This document shows, piece after piece, positions 1 through 8,936 of a stretch of DNA of 64,000 nucleotides. The DNA is from Candidatus Latescibacterota bacterium (GTDB lineage Bacteria; Latescibacterota; UBA2968). A model generated the notes under the pieces. That model did no database searches. It saw only the letters and a program-made list of their open reading frames with translations, and was not told the DNA's origin. Made by a program: the position numbers and the translations under genes. How positions within the stretch are numbered: position 1 is the first letter of the stretch; every line of letters begins with the position of its first letter. The DNA is taken from contig OZ242195.1 of the NCBI GenBank assembly GCA_965205975.1, positions 1,728,001 through 1,792,000 of the forward strand, in the 5' to 3' direction.

Positions 1-3
1 AAT

Positions 4-468
4 ATGGACATTGTACTTGAAACCTTTGACCGCGTACCTTACGGGAAAAATTGTATTGTGGGGCCAAACGCCCTCGCGGTTGAAATATCAAATCGCCTCA
101 GACGTCAATATCCCAATTTTGGCCTGATGCTCGATTTGAGCCATTTCCCCCTCCAGGGTGAAGACACAGTTTACGCCATCAACATCGCTCGGGATCACAT
201 CGTCCACATGCACGTTGGCAATTGCGTGATGTCCAACCCCAATCACCCGGCTTATGGCGATAACCACCCTCGCTTTGGCTGCGAAGATGGCGAAAACGAT
301 GTACCCGAAGTTGTAGAATTTCTCCGCGAACTGTTCAACATCGGTTATCTCGACCCCGATAAGCGTCCCATATTGAGCTTTGAAGTCTCTCCAATGGAAG
401 GAGAATCTTCGGAAATAATTATTGCCAATGCCAAGCGCGTACTCGACGAGGCCTGGGCGCAAGTCTAA
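4..468 (+). CDS. Sugar phosphate isomerase/epimerase (xylose isomerase-like TIM barrel), 5'-truncated by the window edge
   Basis: LET...LMLDLSH...HMHVGN...SFEV metal-ligand pattern of the AP-endonuclease-2/xylose isomerase fold. Confidence 0.75.
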   Translation: MDIVLETFDRVPYGKNCIVGPNALAVEISNRLRRQYPNFGLMLDLSHFPLQGEDTVYAINIARDHIVHMHVGNCVMSNPNHPAYGDNHPRFGCEDGENDVPEVVEFLRELFNIGYLDPDKRPILSFEVSPMEGESSEIIIANAKRVLDEAWAQV

Positions 469-483
469 ACGCGCACCCAAACC

Positions 484-528
484 AAAAAAGCCGGACTTTC
501 CCAAAAGAGAAGGTCCGGCTATTTTTTA
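484..528. terminator. Bidirectional intrinsic terminator
   Basis: AAAAAAGCCGGACTTTC-loop-GAAGGTCCGGCTATTTTTT between convergent genes. Confidence 0.8.
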
Positions 529-540
529 CTCGCGAAATAC

Positions 541-1299
541 TCAATTCCAATATTCACTTTGTGCAGGAGGTCCAGATTTTAATGCCCTGTGAATCAACAC
601 GCCCAAAACACGCGTAAAAACCACCAGTAAAAAAAAATTAAACACCGAAGTCAGCACCAACCCCACCCAGGCTAACTGTCCCAATATCAAACTGCCGAGC
701 AGAGATATCCCAAATAGACCAAAACACGCTTGAATATAGTCGAGTCGAACAATCTGGCGCAAATCCCTCCAAACTGGCCCCGGCTCAAATACCATCCACA
801 CACGTCCCTTAGCGGCAAATCGCGTAAATACAACAGGAAAAAAACCGTAAAAAAAGATGACCATAAGTGTAACCAACAGCAACAGAGGCCCGGTTTCTTC
901 TACAGAACTCGGTATCAAACCCAATACCAAAATCACCATCGAAAAACTCGCAAATCCAATAACGCTATATCCCAGGACAATGAGGAACAACCAGAAGCCA
1001 GCTACTCCGTAAGCCCACCAATTGCTCCACGAAGGCAAGCTCAGTGATTCTGTACCGTTGAGCGCATCGACAAAAATCCGGTATAAGTAACCCCAGGTAA
1101 TGAGCAAAAGTCCAAAGGTTACAATTAAAAACACGATCCCTATCTCAAGCCCAATTTGCCCAGTGAGAATCAGATTCAGCACCAGTGCGAGCAGCAAATT
1201 TAATGCGCCGCCAGGGACAATTTTTTGCCACCATCCAGGCGTCTGAAACACAGTGCGGAGTGTATTAAATAAAATAATGCCAAACATAGCTTTCCACAT
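541..1299 (-). CDS. DUF4013-like membrane protein
   Basis: Multi-TM ORF with WGYLYRI...LPSWSNW motif; ATG at 1299 abuts the upstream stop. Confidence 0.65.
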   Translation of the reverse strand: MWKAMFGIILFNTLRTVFQTPGWWQKIVPGGALNLLLALVLNLILTGQIGLEIGIVFLIVTFGLLLITWGYLYRIFVDALNGTESLSLPSWSNWWAYGVAGFWLFLIVLGYSVIGFASFSMVILVLGLIPSSVEETGPLLLLVTLMVIFFYGFFPVVFTRFAAKGRVWMVFEPGPVWRDLRQIVRLDYIQACFGLFGISLLGSLILGQLAWVGLVLTSVFNFFLLVVFTRVLGVLIHRALKSGPPAQSEYWN

Positions 1300-1300
1300 G

Positions 1301-2494
1301 TCAGACTGCGTCAAGTGCCCGTCCAACATCGGCAATAATATCCTCGGCGTCTTCAATGCCCACGGCATAGCGCACCAACTCATCGGCAATGCCAATTGCC
1401 AATCGGTCTTCGCGTGCCAATTCGTAATATGAAATAGATGCAGGATGCGAAACAAGACTCTCCACACCTCCCAGGCTGGCCCCTATACACGGAATTCGCA
1501 AGCGATCAATAAAACCCAGCGTACCTGCCTCATCAGCATCTAAATCAAAACTCACCAGCCCACCAAATCCACGCATCTGCGCTTTGGCAACACCGTGGTG
1601 TGGGTGGCTTTCCAAACCGGGATAATACACGCGCTTTACCCGATCGTGCTTTTCCAAAAACCGCGCTAACATTAGCGCCGTTTCATTTTGCTTACCCATT
1701 CGCAGTGGAAAAGTCTTGATCCCCCGGATCAGCAAATAAGCGCAATGAGGATCAATCACCCCTCCCAAGATACCTCGATAGTCTCGAATCGCACCAACCA
1801 GAGGCGCGTTGCCCAGCACAGCACCAGCCATCAAATCGTTGTGCCCCCCCAAATACTTGGTCGCCGAATGAATGACCAGATCGACGCCAAATTCGAGCGG
1901 GCGCTGGTTTAAGGGCGTAGCAAATGTGCTGTCAATAATTGTCTTGACCCGATGCCTTTTTCCAATATCAACCAGTTTTTCCAGATCGATCACATTGAGA
2001 TGGGGATTTGTCGGAGATTCGGAAATAATCACGCGCGTGGTGTCCCGAATCGCACCTTCCAATTCGGCGTAATCACCCGCGTGAACAAATGTGGTTTCAA
2101 TGCTAAATTTTTTTAACACCATCTGGCAAAATTGCGCGGTTTTGCGATAGCAATCATCCATAATCACCGCGTGGTGCCCGGTTGAGAGCATGCCCAGTAG
2201 CGTAGTCGTCACAGCACTCATACCCGAGGAAAATAAAATAGCGGCCTCTGCGCCTTCCAGTTCTGCCAGCTTGGATTCTGCTGCATGCTGTGTCGGATTG
2301 CCATAGCGTCCGTAGTCAATCTGTGGGTTTTTGCCCGCCACAAATGCCTTAACAGCATGTGTATCTTCAAATACATAAGTCGATGTTTGCGCAATGGGCA
2401 CTGTCAGAGAATTTCCCCAGTGTCCCCTTTCTTCACCTGCATGTACAGCCCGTGTCCCCGAACAGGGCCCGTGCGTTTCGCACTTTTCAGACAT
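1301..2494 (-). CDS. metB: Cystathionine gamma-synthase, plant-like (Cys/Met metabolism PLP enzyme)
   Basis: YGRYGNPT, SSGM, DCYRKT, ESPTNP, HSATKYLGGHND (PLP lysine), SLGGVES. Confidence 0.85.
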   Translation of the reverse strand: MSEKCETHGPCSGTRAVHAGEERGHWGNSLTVPIAQTSTYVFEDTHAVKAFVAGKNPQIDYGRYGNPTQHAAESKLAELEGAEAAILFSSGMSAVTTTLLGMLSTGHHAVIMDDCYRKTAQFCQMVLKKFSIETTFVHAGDYAELEGAIRDTTRVIISESPTNPHLNVIDLEKLVDIGKRHRVKTIIDSTFATPLNQRPLEFGVDLVIHSATKYLGGHNDLMAGAVLGNAPLVGAIRDYRGILGGVIDPHCAYLLIRGIKTFPLRMGKQNETALMLARFLEKHDRVKRVYYPGLESHPHHGVAKAQMRGFGGLVSFDLDADEAGTLGFIDRLRIPCIGASLGGVESLVSHPASISYYELAREDRLAIGIADELVRYAVGIEDAEDIIADVGRALDAV

Positions 2495-2503
2495 GCGCCA
2501 TCT

Positions 2504-2572
2504 CCAAAAAAAGCGGAGCCACAAAAGCCCCGCGCAGTACGCAAAAAAACCGGACTAAAAAGCCCGGTTTTG
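2504..2572 (-). terminator. Two tandem terminator-like hairpins in the metB leader
   Basis: Minus strand AAAACCGGGC-TTTTTA-GTCCGGTTTTTTT, then GCGGGGC-TTTTGTG-GCTCCGC-TTTTTTT just before the GGAG RBS. Confidence 0.75.
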
Positions 2573-2578
2573 GGAATA

Positions 2579-2632
2579 ACTTTTTAGCGACTTGTTTAAA
2601 GTGGCTGCAATATGCCGCAAATCACCACTCGC
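2579..2632 (-). ncRNA. SAM-II (SAM_alpha type) riboswitch aptamer
   Basis: Minus strand GTGGTGATTTG-CGGCATA-TTGCAGCCAC-TTTAAACAAGTCGCTAAA matches the remembered SAM-II consensus (P1 GTGG/CCAC, pseudoknot GATTTG/CAAGTC); lies upstream of a Met biosynthesis gene. Confidence 0.85.
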
Positions 2633-2649
2633 CATAGCTGTATTTTGGG

Positions 2650-2678
2650 AATGTAACCAAAACCCTCAACCCTGTCAA
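2650..2678 (-). promoter_or_regulatory. sigma70 promoter for the riboswitch-metB transcript
   Basis: TTGACA-17 nt-TACATT on the minus strand. Confidence 0.7.
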
Positions 2679-2731
2679 CTCCCGCATTGAGTATCTGATT
2701 TTATCTGCGTCCATCTGCGGATGCCTGTCAA

Positions 2732-4081
2732 CTATCTGTTGGCTTCAATCCGGTCGAGAATCGCCTTTTTTACTGCATCGATTTCAGGGGGCAACACAAC
2801 GGGTTCATTGCGGTAATGCGGGCTTACCCCCCAATCCCGTAACTGATCCCGATGATATCCGAGCTTAAACTCACTAAACTTCAACCCGTGAGCCGTTGAA
2901 ATCACGATCACGCGATCGCTTTTCTGAATTACGCCCCTGTCAATCAACTTGAACAATACGGCGAAAGCCACCCCGGTGTGCGGGCATGCAAACAAGCCCG
3001 TACGGTCGGCACGCGCAGCCGCATCGGCCAATTCCTCCTCGCTGGCTTGTTCTACGACACCACCGAAGATTTTGAGCGTTTGAATCGCTTTTTCTCGACT
3101 CACCGGATTGCCGATCTGAATCGCACTGGCCAATGTCGGCTGTGCCTGAATCGGTTCAAAACTATCAAAATTCTTTTCAAAACTTCGGTAGAGAGGATTG
3201 GCCCTATCGGCCTGTGCAACCGCAATGCGCGGTAGTCGGTCAATTAGCCCAAGGGCTTCCATTTCGAGAAAGCCCTTGCCCAGCGCACTCACATTGCCCA
3301 GATTTCCGCCGGGAATCACAACCCAATCGGGCACTTCCCAATCAAATTGCTGCACCAATTCGATGCTGATTGTTTTTTGCCCCTCTACCCGCAGTGAATT
3401 CATCGAATTGGCCAAATAGATATTTTCCTCGCGGCAAATCTCCTGCACGAGCCTCATACATCCATCAAAGTCGGTCTCTAAACTCAGCACCAGCGCACCA
3501 TTGGCCAGGGGCTGCAAAAGTTGTGCAGTCGAAATCTTATCCCTCGGCAAAAAGACCACCGATTGTATGCCCGCCGCTGCACAATACGCAGCCAACGCCG
3601 CCGAGGTATCCCCAGTAGATGCACACGCAACCGCCGGAATACGCGTCCCTTCAAATAGCATCTGTTTCACCATGGATACCAGCACCGTCATGCCTAAATC
3701 TTTGAACGATCCCGTATGGCTGTTACCGCATTGCTTAACCCACAAATCCTCAACGCCAATTTCTCGCCCCAAACGCTCGGCCCAAAACAGATTACTACCC
3801 CCTTCGTACATCGACACCACATTGTTTTCGTGAACTACGGGGCAGACCAGTTCTTTTTTCCCCCATACAGAACTGCCATAAGGCCATGTGGTAGTCATAT
3901 AACGCTTATCAAATAACCCGCGCCAATAACTGCTCGACTTGCGTTTGAGCATCTCCATATCGTGCGCCACTTCGAGCAACCCTCCGCACGTTGGACACGC
4001 GTAAATCACATCCGTCAGCGCATATCGCCCTTCACACCCTTGAAAACACCGAAACCACGCATTATAAGTTGTATCGTCCAT
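2732..4081 (-). CDS. thrC: Threonine synthase (long, plant-like type)
   Basis: [18 protein letters not shown] motif, [43 protein letters not shown]-terminal Cys-rich Zn ribbon. Confidence 0.92.
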   Translation of the reverse strand: MDDTTYNAWFRCFQGCEGRYALTDVIYACPTCGGLLEVAHDMEMLKRKSSSYWRGLFDKRYMTTTWPYGSSVWGKKELVCPVVHENNVVSMYEGGSNLFWAERLGREIGVEDLWVKQCGNSHTGSFKDLGMTVLVSMVKQMLFEGTRIPAVACASTGDTSAALAAYCAAAGIQSVVFLPRDKISTAQLLQPLANGALVLSLETDFDGCMRLVQEICREENIYLANSMNSLRVEGQKTISIELVQQFDWEVPDWVVIPGGNLGNVSALGKGFLEMEALGLIDRLPRIAVAQADRANPLYRSFEKNFDSFEPIQAQPTLASAIQIGNPVSREKAIQTLKIFGGVVEQASEEELADAAARADRTGLFACPHTGVAFAVLFKLIDRGVIQKSDRVIVISTAHGLKFSEFKLGYHRDQLRDWGVSPHYRNEPVVLPPEIDAVKKAILDRIEANR

Positions 4082-4154
4082 ATTTTCGTTACGCCTTATG
4101 ACAAAACTCAGCACAAACGCACCAAACCCGCCAACACTTCCACATATCACAGAG

Positions 4155-4415
4155 TTATTCCAATGGAGCTATTTTGCCGGGATCCTCTAAATCTTGTACT
4201 CGTTCCCAGGCTACCCGCAATTCCGCTTGATGCAAAGACGCCCAGCGAAGTACAAGCCTTTGTTCTCTTGTCGGCAAGAATCCTTTTAGTACTTCAAGAG
4301 TTTCAATTCCAATAACTGCCTGATTACCACCATACAGTGCGTGAAAATGCGCTGGTGGATGTTCTCTAAAATGAATTTGGATGATAATTCCGTAAAAGCG
4401 ACAAAGTTCAGGCAT
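4155..4415 (-). CDS. DUF4160 family protein (TA-associated)
   Basis: [25 protein letters not shown] signature. Confidence 0.85.
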   Translation of the reverse strand: MPELCRFYGIIIQIHFREHPPAHFHALYGGNQAVIGIETLEVLKGFLPTREQRLVLRWASLHQAELRVAWERVQDLEDPGKIAPLE

Positions 4416-4692
4416 TCTCAATCGCAACTTGTGCGCCTGGCATCACTTCGTCCACAGACTTACCCGTGAGTTCCATATATAGCGCGTCAGAACAAATATC
4501 CAGATCATCGCCCCAAGCTATTGCATCCCCTTCTGCCACGCGCACAGTCTCAAAGAATGTGCGGTCATTCCAGGCTACAAACACGCCGCGTCCAGCCATA
4601 TCCGATAAGTCTATCTCGCCCGCGACCCCATCCGAATAGCGCACCCAAATACAGTAACCATCACGCGGTTCCACTGCAATTGGTCGTATCAT
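4408..4692 (-). CDS. DUF2442 family protein (TA-associated)
   Basis: VEPRDGY.IWVRYSDG..GEIDL...IAW..DLDIC.DALY pattern; overlaps DUF4160 start. Confidence 0.8.
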   Translation of the reverse strand: MIRPIAVEPRDGYCIWVRYSDGVAGEIDLSDMAGRGVFVAWNDRTFFETVRVAEGDAIAWGDDLDICSDALYMELTGKSVDEVMPGAQVAIENA

Positions 4693-4759
4693 TGCACTTC
4701 TCCTTTTGTTACTGTTTCGTCTATAATTATCGCCATAATCACAGATGTATCGGCCACCA

Positions 4760-5053
4760 TCATTTCGGCAGACCCTGATCATGGTATAGCTCATCCTGCC
4801 AGACTTTGGATGGTGGATTTTCGTCGTCATACGGATGTCGAGCGCGGTTCCGACGGCCCACTTCGGTCCAATACGCCATTTCTGCCGCTATTTCCTCTGG
4901 CGTCATCTTCCGGCATACTGGAGCCGTTTGGGCTTCCAGATCGTCCAGTGCCTTATGAAGCACCTGCTCCACTGCGTCCGGACCAGCAAAGCCCAGCCGC
5001 TTTGCTAAATCAGCTATGCGAGTTTCTGTTTCCGGCTTGAGCGTTGTAGCCAT
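4760..5053 (-). CDS. Putative VapB/Rv0623-like antitoxin (orphan)
   Basis: N-terminal RHH-like TLKPETETRIADLAKRLG; C-terminal DELYHDQGLPK tail typical of this family. Confidence 0.55.
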   Translation of the reverse strand: MATTLKPETETRIADLAKRLGFAGPDAVEQVLHKALDDLEAQTAPVCRKMTPEEIAAEMAYWTEVGRRNRARHPYDDENPPSKVWQDELYHDQGLPK

Positions 5054-5126
5054 GTTGTTCTCCTTGTCTCCAGAGTTGCAACAGGGTCAGTTGATCAATT
5101 CGAAAAAATAAAGCAGAGGGGAGACA

Positions 5127-5342
5127 TCACGCCAAATCCTTTTGATCAAATCTATGCCACATTTCTTTTCGGACTTCGGCTATGTCTCGATCGGTTATTG
5201 GCTTCATCTGATCCCATAAGCCTTCGGGATTTAAGAGCTTGCCTTGATCAAACTCTGACGAATCCAGTGCGTTTTCCATAGAGGCTGAACCGTCTTTCTG
5301 CATGATAATCAATTTCTCCTCATTGGCCGCTTCTTTGACCAA
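5127..5342 (-). CDS. Small hypothetical protein, possible antitoxin remnant
   Basis: C-terminus GLW...ITDRDIAEVRKEMW resembles PIN-associated small proteins; start uncertain. Confidence 0.35.
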   Translation of the reverse strand: MVKEAANEEKLIIMQKDGSASMENALDSSEFDQGKLLNPEGLWDQMKPITDRDIAEVRKEMWHRFDQKDLA

Positions 5343-5381
5343 TGCTGCAAGACAGATTTTTGCTTCTGTCTCAATATGCCT

Positions 5382-5570
5382 CTACTCGTCTGAAGTTGTG
5401 ATAGCTGTTACAACAGCCGGACGGGATGGATACTGCACATATTTACGACCAGATGATTTTTGTTTTTTCTTGATATCGCGGAATATCTCTTTGAGATCGT
5501 AGCCAAACTGAGCAGCGTGTTTGTCGCGTACTGCTCGGACTTCCGAAACAATGGGATCATTCGTCGTCAT
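5382..5570 (-). CDS. Small PIN-associated hypothetical protein
   Basis: DPIVSEVRAVRDKHAAQFGYDL motif of small genes that usually follow PIN toxins. Confidence 0.6.
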   Translation of the reverse strand: MTTNDPIVSEVRAVRDKHAAQFGYDLKEIFRDIKKKQKSSGRKYVQYPSRPAVVTAITTSDE

Positions 5571-5675
5571 GATCGCGCTCCATGAGTTCGTCAGATGTGC
5601 AGATGATCGCGGGTTCAAATCCCGCATTCCGACATACAGTTTCGATTTGTGATCGGATCGTCGCATTGGCGATAT
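5557..5675 (-). pseudogene. 3' remnant of a PIN-domain toxin gene
   Basis: Manual translation IANATIRSQIETVCRNAGFEPAIICTSDELMERDHDDE*, matching the C-terminus of a PIN family; the 5' part is absent. Confidence 0.6.
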
Positions 5676-5690
5676 ATGGACGCATCGACA

Positions 5691-5951
5691 CTACAGATTC
5701 CTGGCACCGGAAATATCCTTTGCCAATTCTTCTGCAGTAAGATTGATAGGGGATACTTGGTAGGATTCTAAGGCATCTAAAAACACAACGCGCTCCATGC
5801 CCGCAAACCGAGCCGCCTGCCCCGATGACAAACGTCCGAGTTCAAACAGTTTGACAGCGATGAGCATTCGGCCTTGTTCGGCGAATTGTTCAGGCGTTTC
5901 ACTGAGGATTTGCAAAATGTCATCTGGACATTCAAATGTGACTTTTAACAT
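5691..5951 (-). CDS. UPF0175 family putative antitoxin
   Basis: AVKLFELGRLSSGQAARFAGMERVVFL HTH signature. Confidence 0.85.
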   Translation of the reverse strand: MLKVTFECPDDILQILSETPEQFAEQGRMLIAVKLFELGRLSSGQAARFAGMERVVFLDALESYQVSPINLTAEELAKDISGARNL

Positions 5952-6015
5952 GCACGCCCCGTTCTATCCATAACCGAGTGGTTAGAACTGCATGATTTCC
6001 TCAATCAAGAGGAAA

Positions 6016-6432
6016 TCATGGTTCGACTCTTTGGACATGTTCAACGCGGTCAAATTCTTTATCAAAGGTATATAGTTCACTTGATCCAGCACGTTTCATT
6101 TGTATGGCAATATAGGCATCTGTAAAACTGATATTCTTTTCAGCATACAGAGAAAGTGCTTCAAGAAAGATATTTTTATCTGATATTTTGAGACTTTTGA
6201 GTTTGAGAATTGATGACATTTTGGAGGCGACATTGCTTTTTGAAAGTTTGTAGAACCGTTCTAATGTCCATACAATTTCGGCAGCCGCGAGAATTGACAA
6301 TTCTACTGTTTCCCTGCCATTTTGAATGCGTTGCATAAGCATTGAGGCTTTATCGGCCTGTTCAGGTAGATCGTTAGTGAGAAAGCGAAGTAAGATATTT
6401 GTATCGACAAATCTATGATTTGAGGGCGACAT
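6016..6432 (-). CDS. vapC: VapC/PIN-domain toxin
   Basis: FVDTNILLRFL...AEIVWTL...SFTDAYI...YTFDKEF acidic PIN motifs. Confidence 0.88.
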   Translation of the reverse strand: MSPSNHRFVDTNILLRFLTNDLPEQADKASMLMQRIQNGRETVELSILAAAEIVWTLERFYKLSKSNVASKMSSILKLKSLKISDKNIFLEALSLYAEKNISFTDAYIAIQMKRAGSSELYTFDKEFDRVEHVQRVEP

Positions 6433-6658
6433 GTTCAGCGACCCTCTTTTCAACTTCAATTTCAATCGCATCAAAGTCCTGCGGGCCATCAACCGGAACG
6501 CTGCCTCTAAGTGCCATAACATCATCTTCAACCGGAATAAGTTCAGCGCGACCATTTTTGACGACAACAGAGACGATGGAGCCTTTATTCAGGTTGAGTT
6601 GGTTTCTCACTTCACGAGGAATAGTGATCTGTCCTCTTGATGTCACACGTACATACAT
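6413..6658 (-). CDS. AbrB/MazE family antitoxin
   Basis: VTSRGQITIPREVRNQLNL..G swapped-hairpin motif, overlapping the PIN gene. Confidence 0.9.
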   Translation of the reverse strand: MYVRVTSRGQITIPREVRNQLNLNKGSIVSVVVKNGRAELIPVEDDVMALRGSVPVDGPQDFDAIEIEVEKRVAEHVALKS

Positions 6659-6758
6659 GATCGTTCTCCTGTTTTTTTAAGTTATCTTGATAACCCAAAA
6701 ATGTCGCAATGATGTGCTTTTGTCAACCGCATTTCAAAATATCTCGCGGTGCATATCA

Positions 6759-8888
6759 TCAAGCATTTTCAAATAATCCCATAAGTTCTTTATCTATCAA
6801 TCCAATATCTTCTGGGAATTTATTTTTGATTATCCGAATAATTCGACCACTCTCGACATGTTCAATAAACTCTGAAACTGAGGAAAACCCTAAATCTCTC
6901 GCACATCGGGCAGAAACAGTCCCGTACGTGACTTCCAGTTTTTCAGCTATCGAATGGAAAGCCTCTGTATGACTTTTATCATTTCTCATCAGTCGAATAA
7001 CTGGTATGAGATAATCTTGAAGATGATCATAAGGACCATTACCCCCGTTGTTATCTGAGTTACCATCAATATCACCATTGTCGTCAGGTAATAGGTCAGC
7101 AGCTTGCGCTTCGCACTGCAACAGATGCATTACTTTGTTGCGTGCGCTGTTGAATATCGTCTGTTTATCAATTGGCCGATTTTCCAATTCGGTCAACTCT
7201 TTTTTCCACTCGGCCAGTTTTGACTTGAGATCATTTTCCCAATCGTTAAACATACGCCACTTCTGAAGATTGCTGGCTGGACGTTCGCCAATGGGAAGGT
7301 CTTCAAGATAGCTTTCAAATAGGTGCTCTAACTCAACCTCATTAGCCAATTCCGCCTTGCGTTGTCCAATAAGCTGATTCAGTTCATTGCGTCGCTCATC
7401 AGCAGCTCCCATAACACCCTGCCGTTCTGCTTCCAGTAACTCTTTGAGCAGAGCAGACAGGCGGTTGGAAAGATCGGCTTCAATCGGGGGGTATCCAGTC
7501 ATATCGTCCTCCGGGTCATAAGAATCAATCAATTCATCCAGTGGTTCTGTAACAGGCAAATGCGCCTGTATATGAGCATCGATATGGCACAGGTCGCACA
7601 CCAACTGATGGGCGTCTCCGCAGACGTTCTCAAATCGCCAGCGTTTCAATGACCGCCATTTGCCACAACGCCCACAGTCTTTGCCAAAAGCGTAGCCACA
7701 ATTTTGGCAATGGTGACTGGCGGCAGGAGATACAGTTTCGCATATCGGACACCAGACAACCGGTGCCTCCCCTGGAGGTTGTTCTGCACGCGGTTTCAGA
7801 GACCATACCCGTTTTTCTTCGGGCAATCCGTGCGTCACTGAATTGGCGGCCAAATCCAGAATCAAACAGTTGCTGTCTTTTGGTCGCAAACCGCGCCCTA
7901 CCATCTGCAAATACAGAGCCAAACTCATCGTAGGCCGGGCAATTGCGATGCAGGATCCGTCGGGCAAGTCAAACCCCTCGGTCGCGACAACGACATTGAC
8001 CAGCACTTTGATCGTCCCATCTCTGAAACCTTCTATCGCTTTATCCCGTTCCTCACGCTTGCTATCGCCGAGAATAACCGCAGCCGGTATGCCAGCCTCC
8101 TGAAATACGTTGGTCAAATTACGGGCGTGATTCACGGAAACGGCGTAGGCAATGGTTGACCTGCCCTCAGCATGCTTTTTCCAGAATGCCAGTACCCCTG
8201 CTGTCATCACATTCGGATGACTCTGATTCGCCTGTTCAATGCCCGATTCAGTGTAATCTCCCGTGAGGTCAATCTCGCCACCTCTGATGCGCTGTTCCAA
8301 GGGTGGGAGCAGTGTTTGGGCATCGCACAGCCACTTATCGCCCTGCAAATCGGCGACTTGCGGTCCGCAGCGCAACGTGTCAAATAGGTGGTCAAATCCC
8401 TCCTTTTTCGACAATCTCCATGGTGTAGCGGTCATCCCTAAAATGTGACCGGGCCACTGCACCATCGCACGCTCCCACCCCTCTGCTGCAGCGTGATGCG
8501 CTTCGTCAATCACCATCAAATCATCGGCGTTATACCTGTTCCAAATTTCCTTTTTGGCGGTGCGCCGCCCCACGGTCTGAGCCATCAAAATAACTGTGCC
8601 CTGACTCATCGCAGGCGCATCGGTTCCCGGCGTCCAGTTCACATCCGTCATTGCCGAAATGTGGGCATCGGTCAACATCTTGCACGTCTGATCGGCCAAT
8701 TCTTTGCGATGGGTCAGCCAAACCGCCTTGCGTCCGCCCGTGAGCCAATCAGCCAGCAGTGCCCCCGCAATAATAGTCTTGCCACCGCCAGTAGGCAACT
8801 GCATCATCACCCGCGCTTTGGCATTGGCATCTAAAGCATCTTTGACCTGCTTCAACAGGTCTTGTTGGTATGGACGCAGTTTAATCAT
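6759..8888 (-). CDS. SF2 DEAD/DEAH helicase with Zn ribbons, coiled coil and helical C-terminal domain
   Basis: LRPYQ, PTGGGKT, DEAHH, TATP, EGFDLP, QMVGRGLR; CPIC..CQNC..CGRC..CDLC. Confidence 0.88.
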   Translation of the reverse strand: MIKLRPYQQDLLKQVKDALDANAKARVMMQLPTGGGKTIIAGALLADWLTGGRKAVWLTHRKELADQTCKMLTDAHISAMTDVNWTPGTDAPAMSQGTVILMAQTVGRRTAKKEIWNRYNADDLMVIDEAHHAAAEGWERAMVQWPGHILGMTATPWRLSKKEGFDHLFDTLRCGPQVADLQGDKWLCDAQTLLPPLEQRIRGGEIDLTGDYTESGIEQANQSHPNVMTAGVLAFWKKHAEGRSTIAYAVSVNHARNLTNVFQEAGIPAAVILGDSKREERDKAIEGFRDGTIKVLVNVVVATEGFDLPDGSCIAIARPTMSLALYLQMVGRGLRPKDSNCLILDLAANSVTHGLPEEKRVWSLKPRAEQPPGEAPVVWCPICETVSPAASHHCQNCGYAFGKDCGRCGKWRSLKRWRFENVCGDAHQLVCDLCHIDAHIQAHLPVTEPLDELIDSYDPEDDMTGYPPIEADLSNRLSALLKELLEAERQGVMGAADERRNELNQLIGQRKAELANEVELEHLFESYLEDLPIGERPASNLQKWRMFNDWENDLKSKLAEWKKELTELENRPIDKQTIFNSARNKVMHLLQCEAQAADLLPDDNGDIDGNSDNNGGNGPYDHLQDYLIPVIRLMRNDKSHTEAFHSIAEKLEVTYGTVSARCARDLGFSSVSEFIEHVESGRIIRIIKNKFPEDIGLIDKELMGLFENA

Positions 8889-8936
8889 AACGGTCTAAAT
8901 ATCTCCAGAGTTGTCACTGAGCATTCGCTTTCTACA

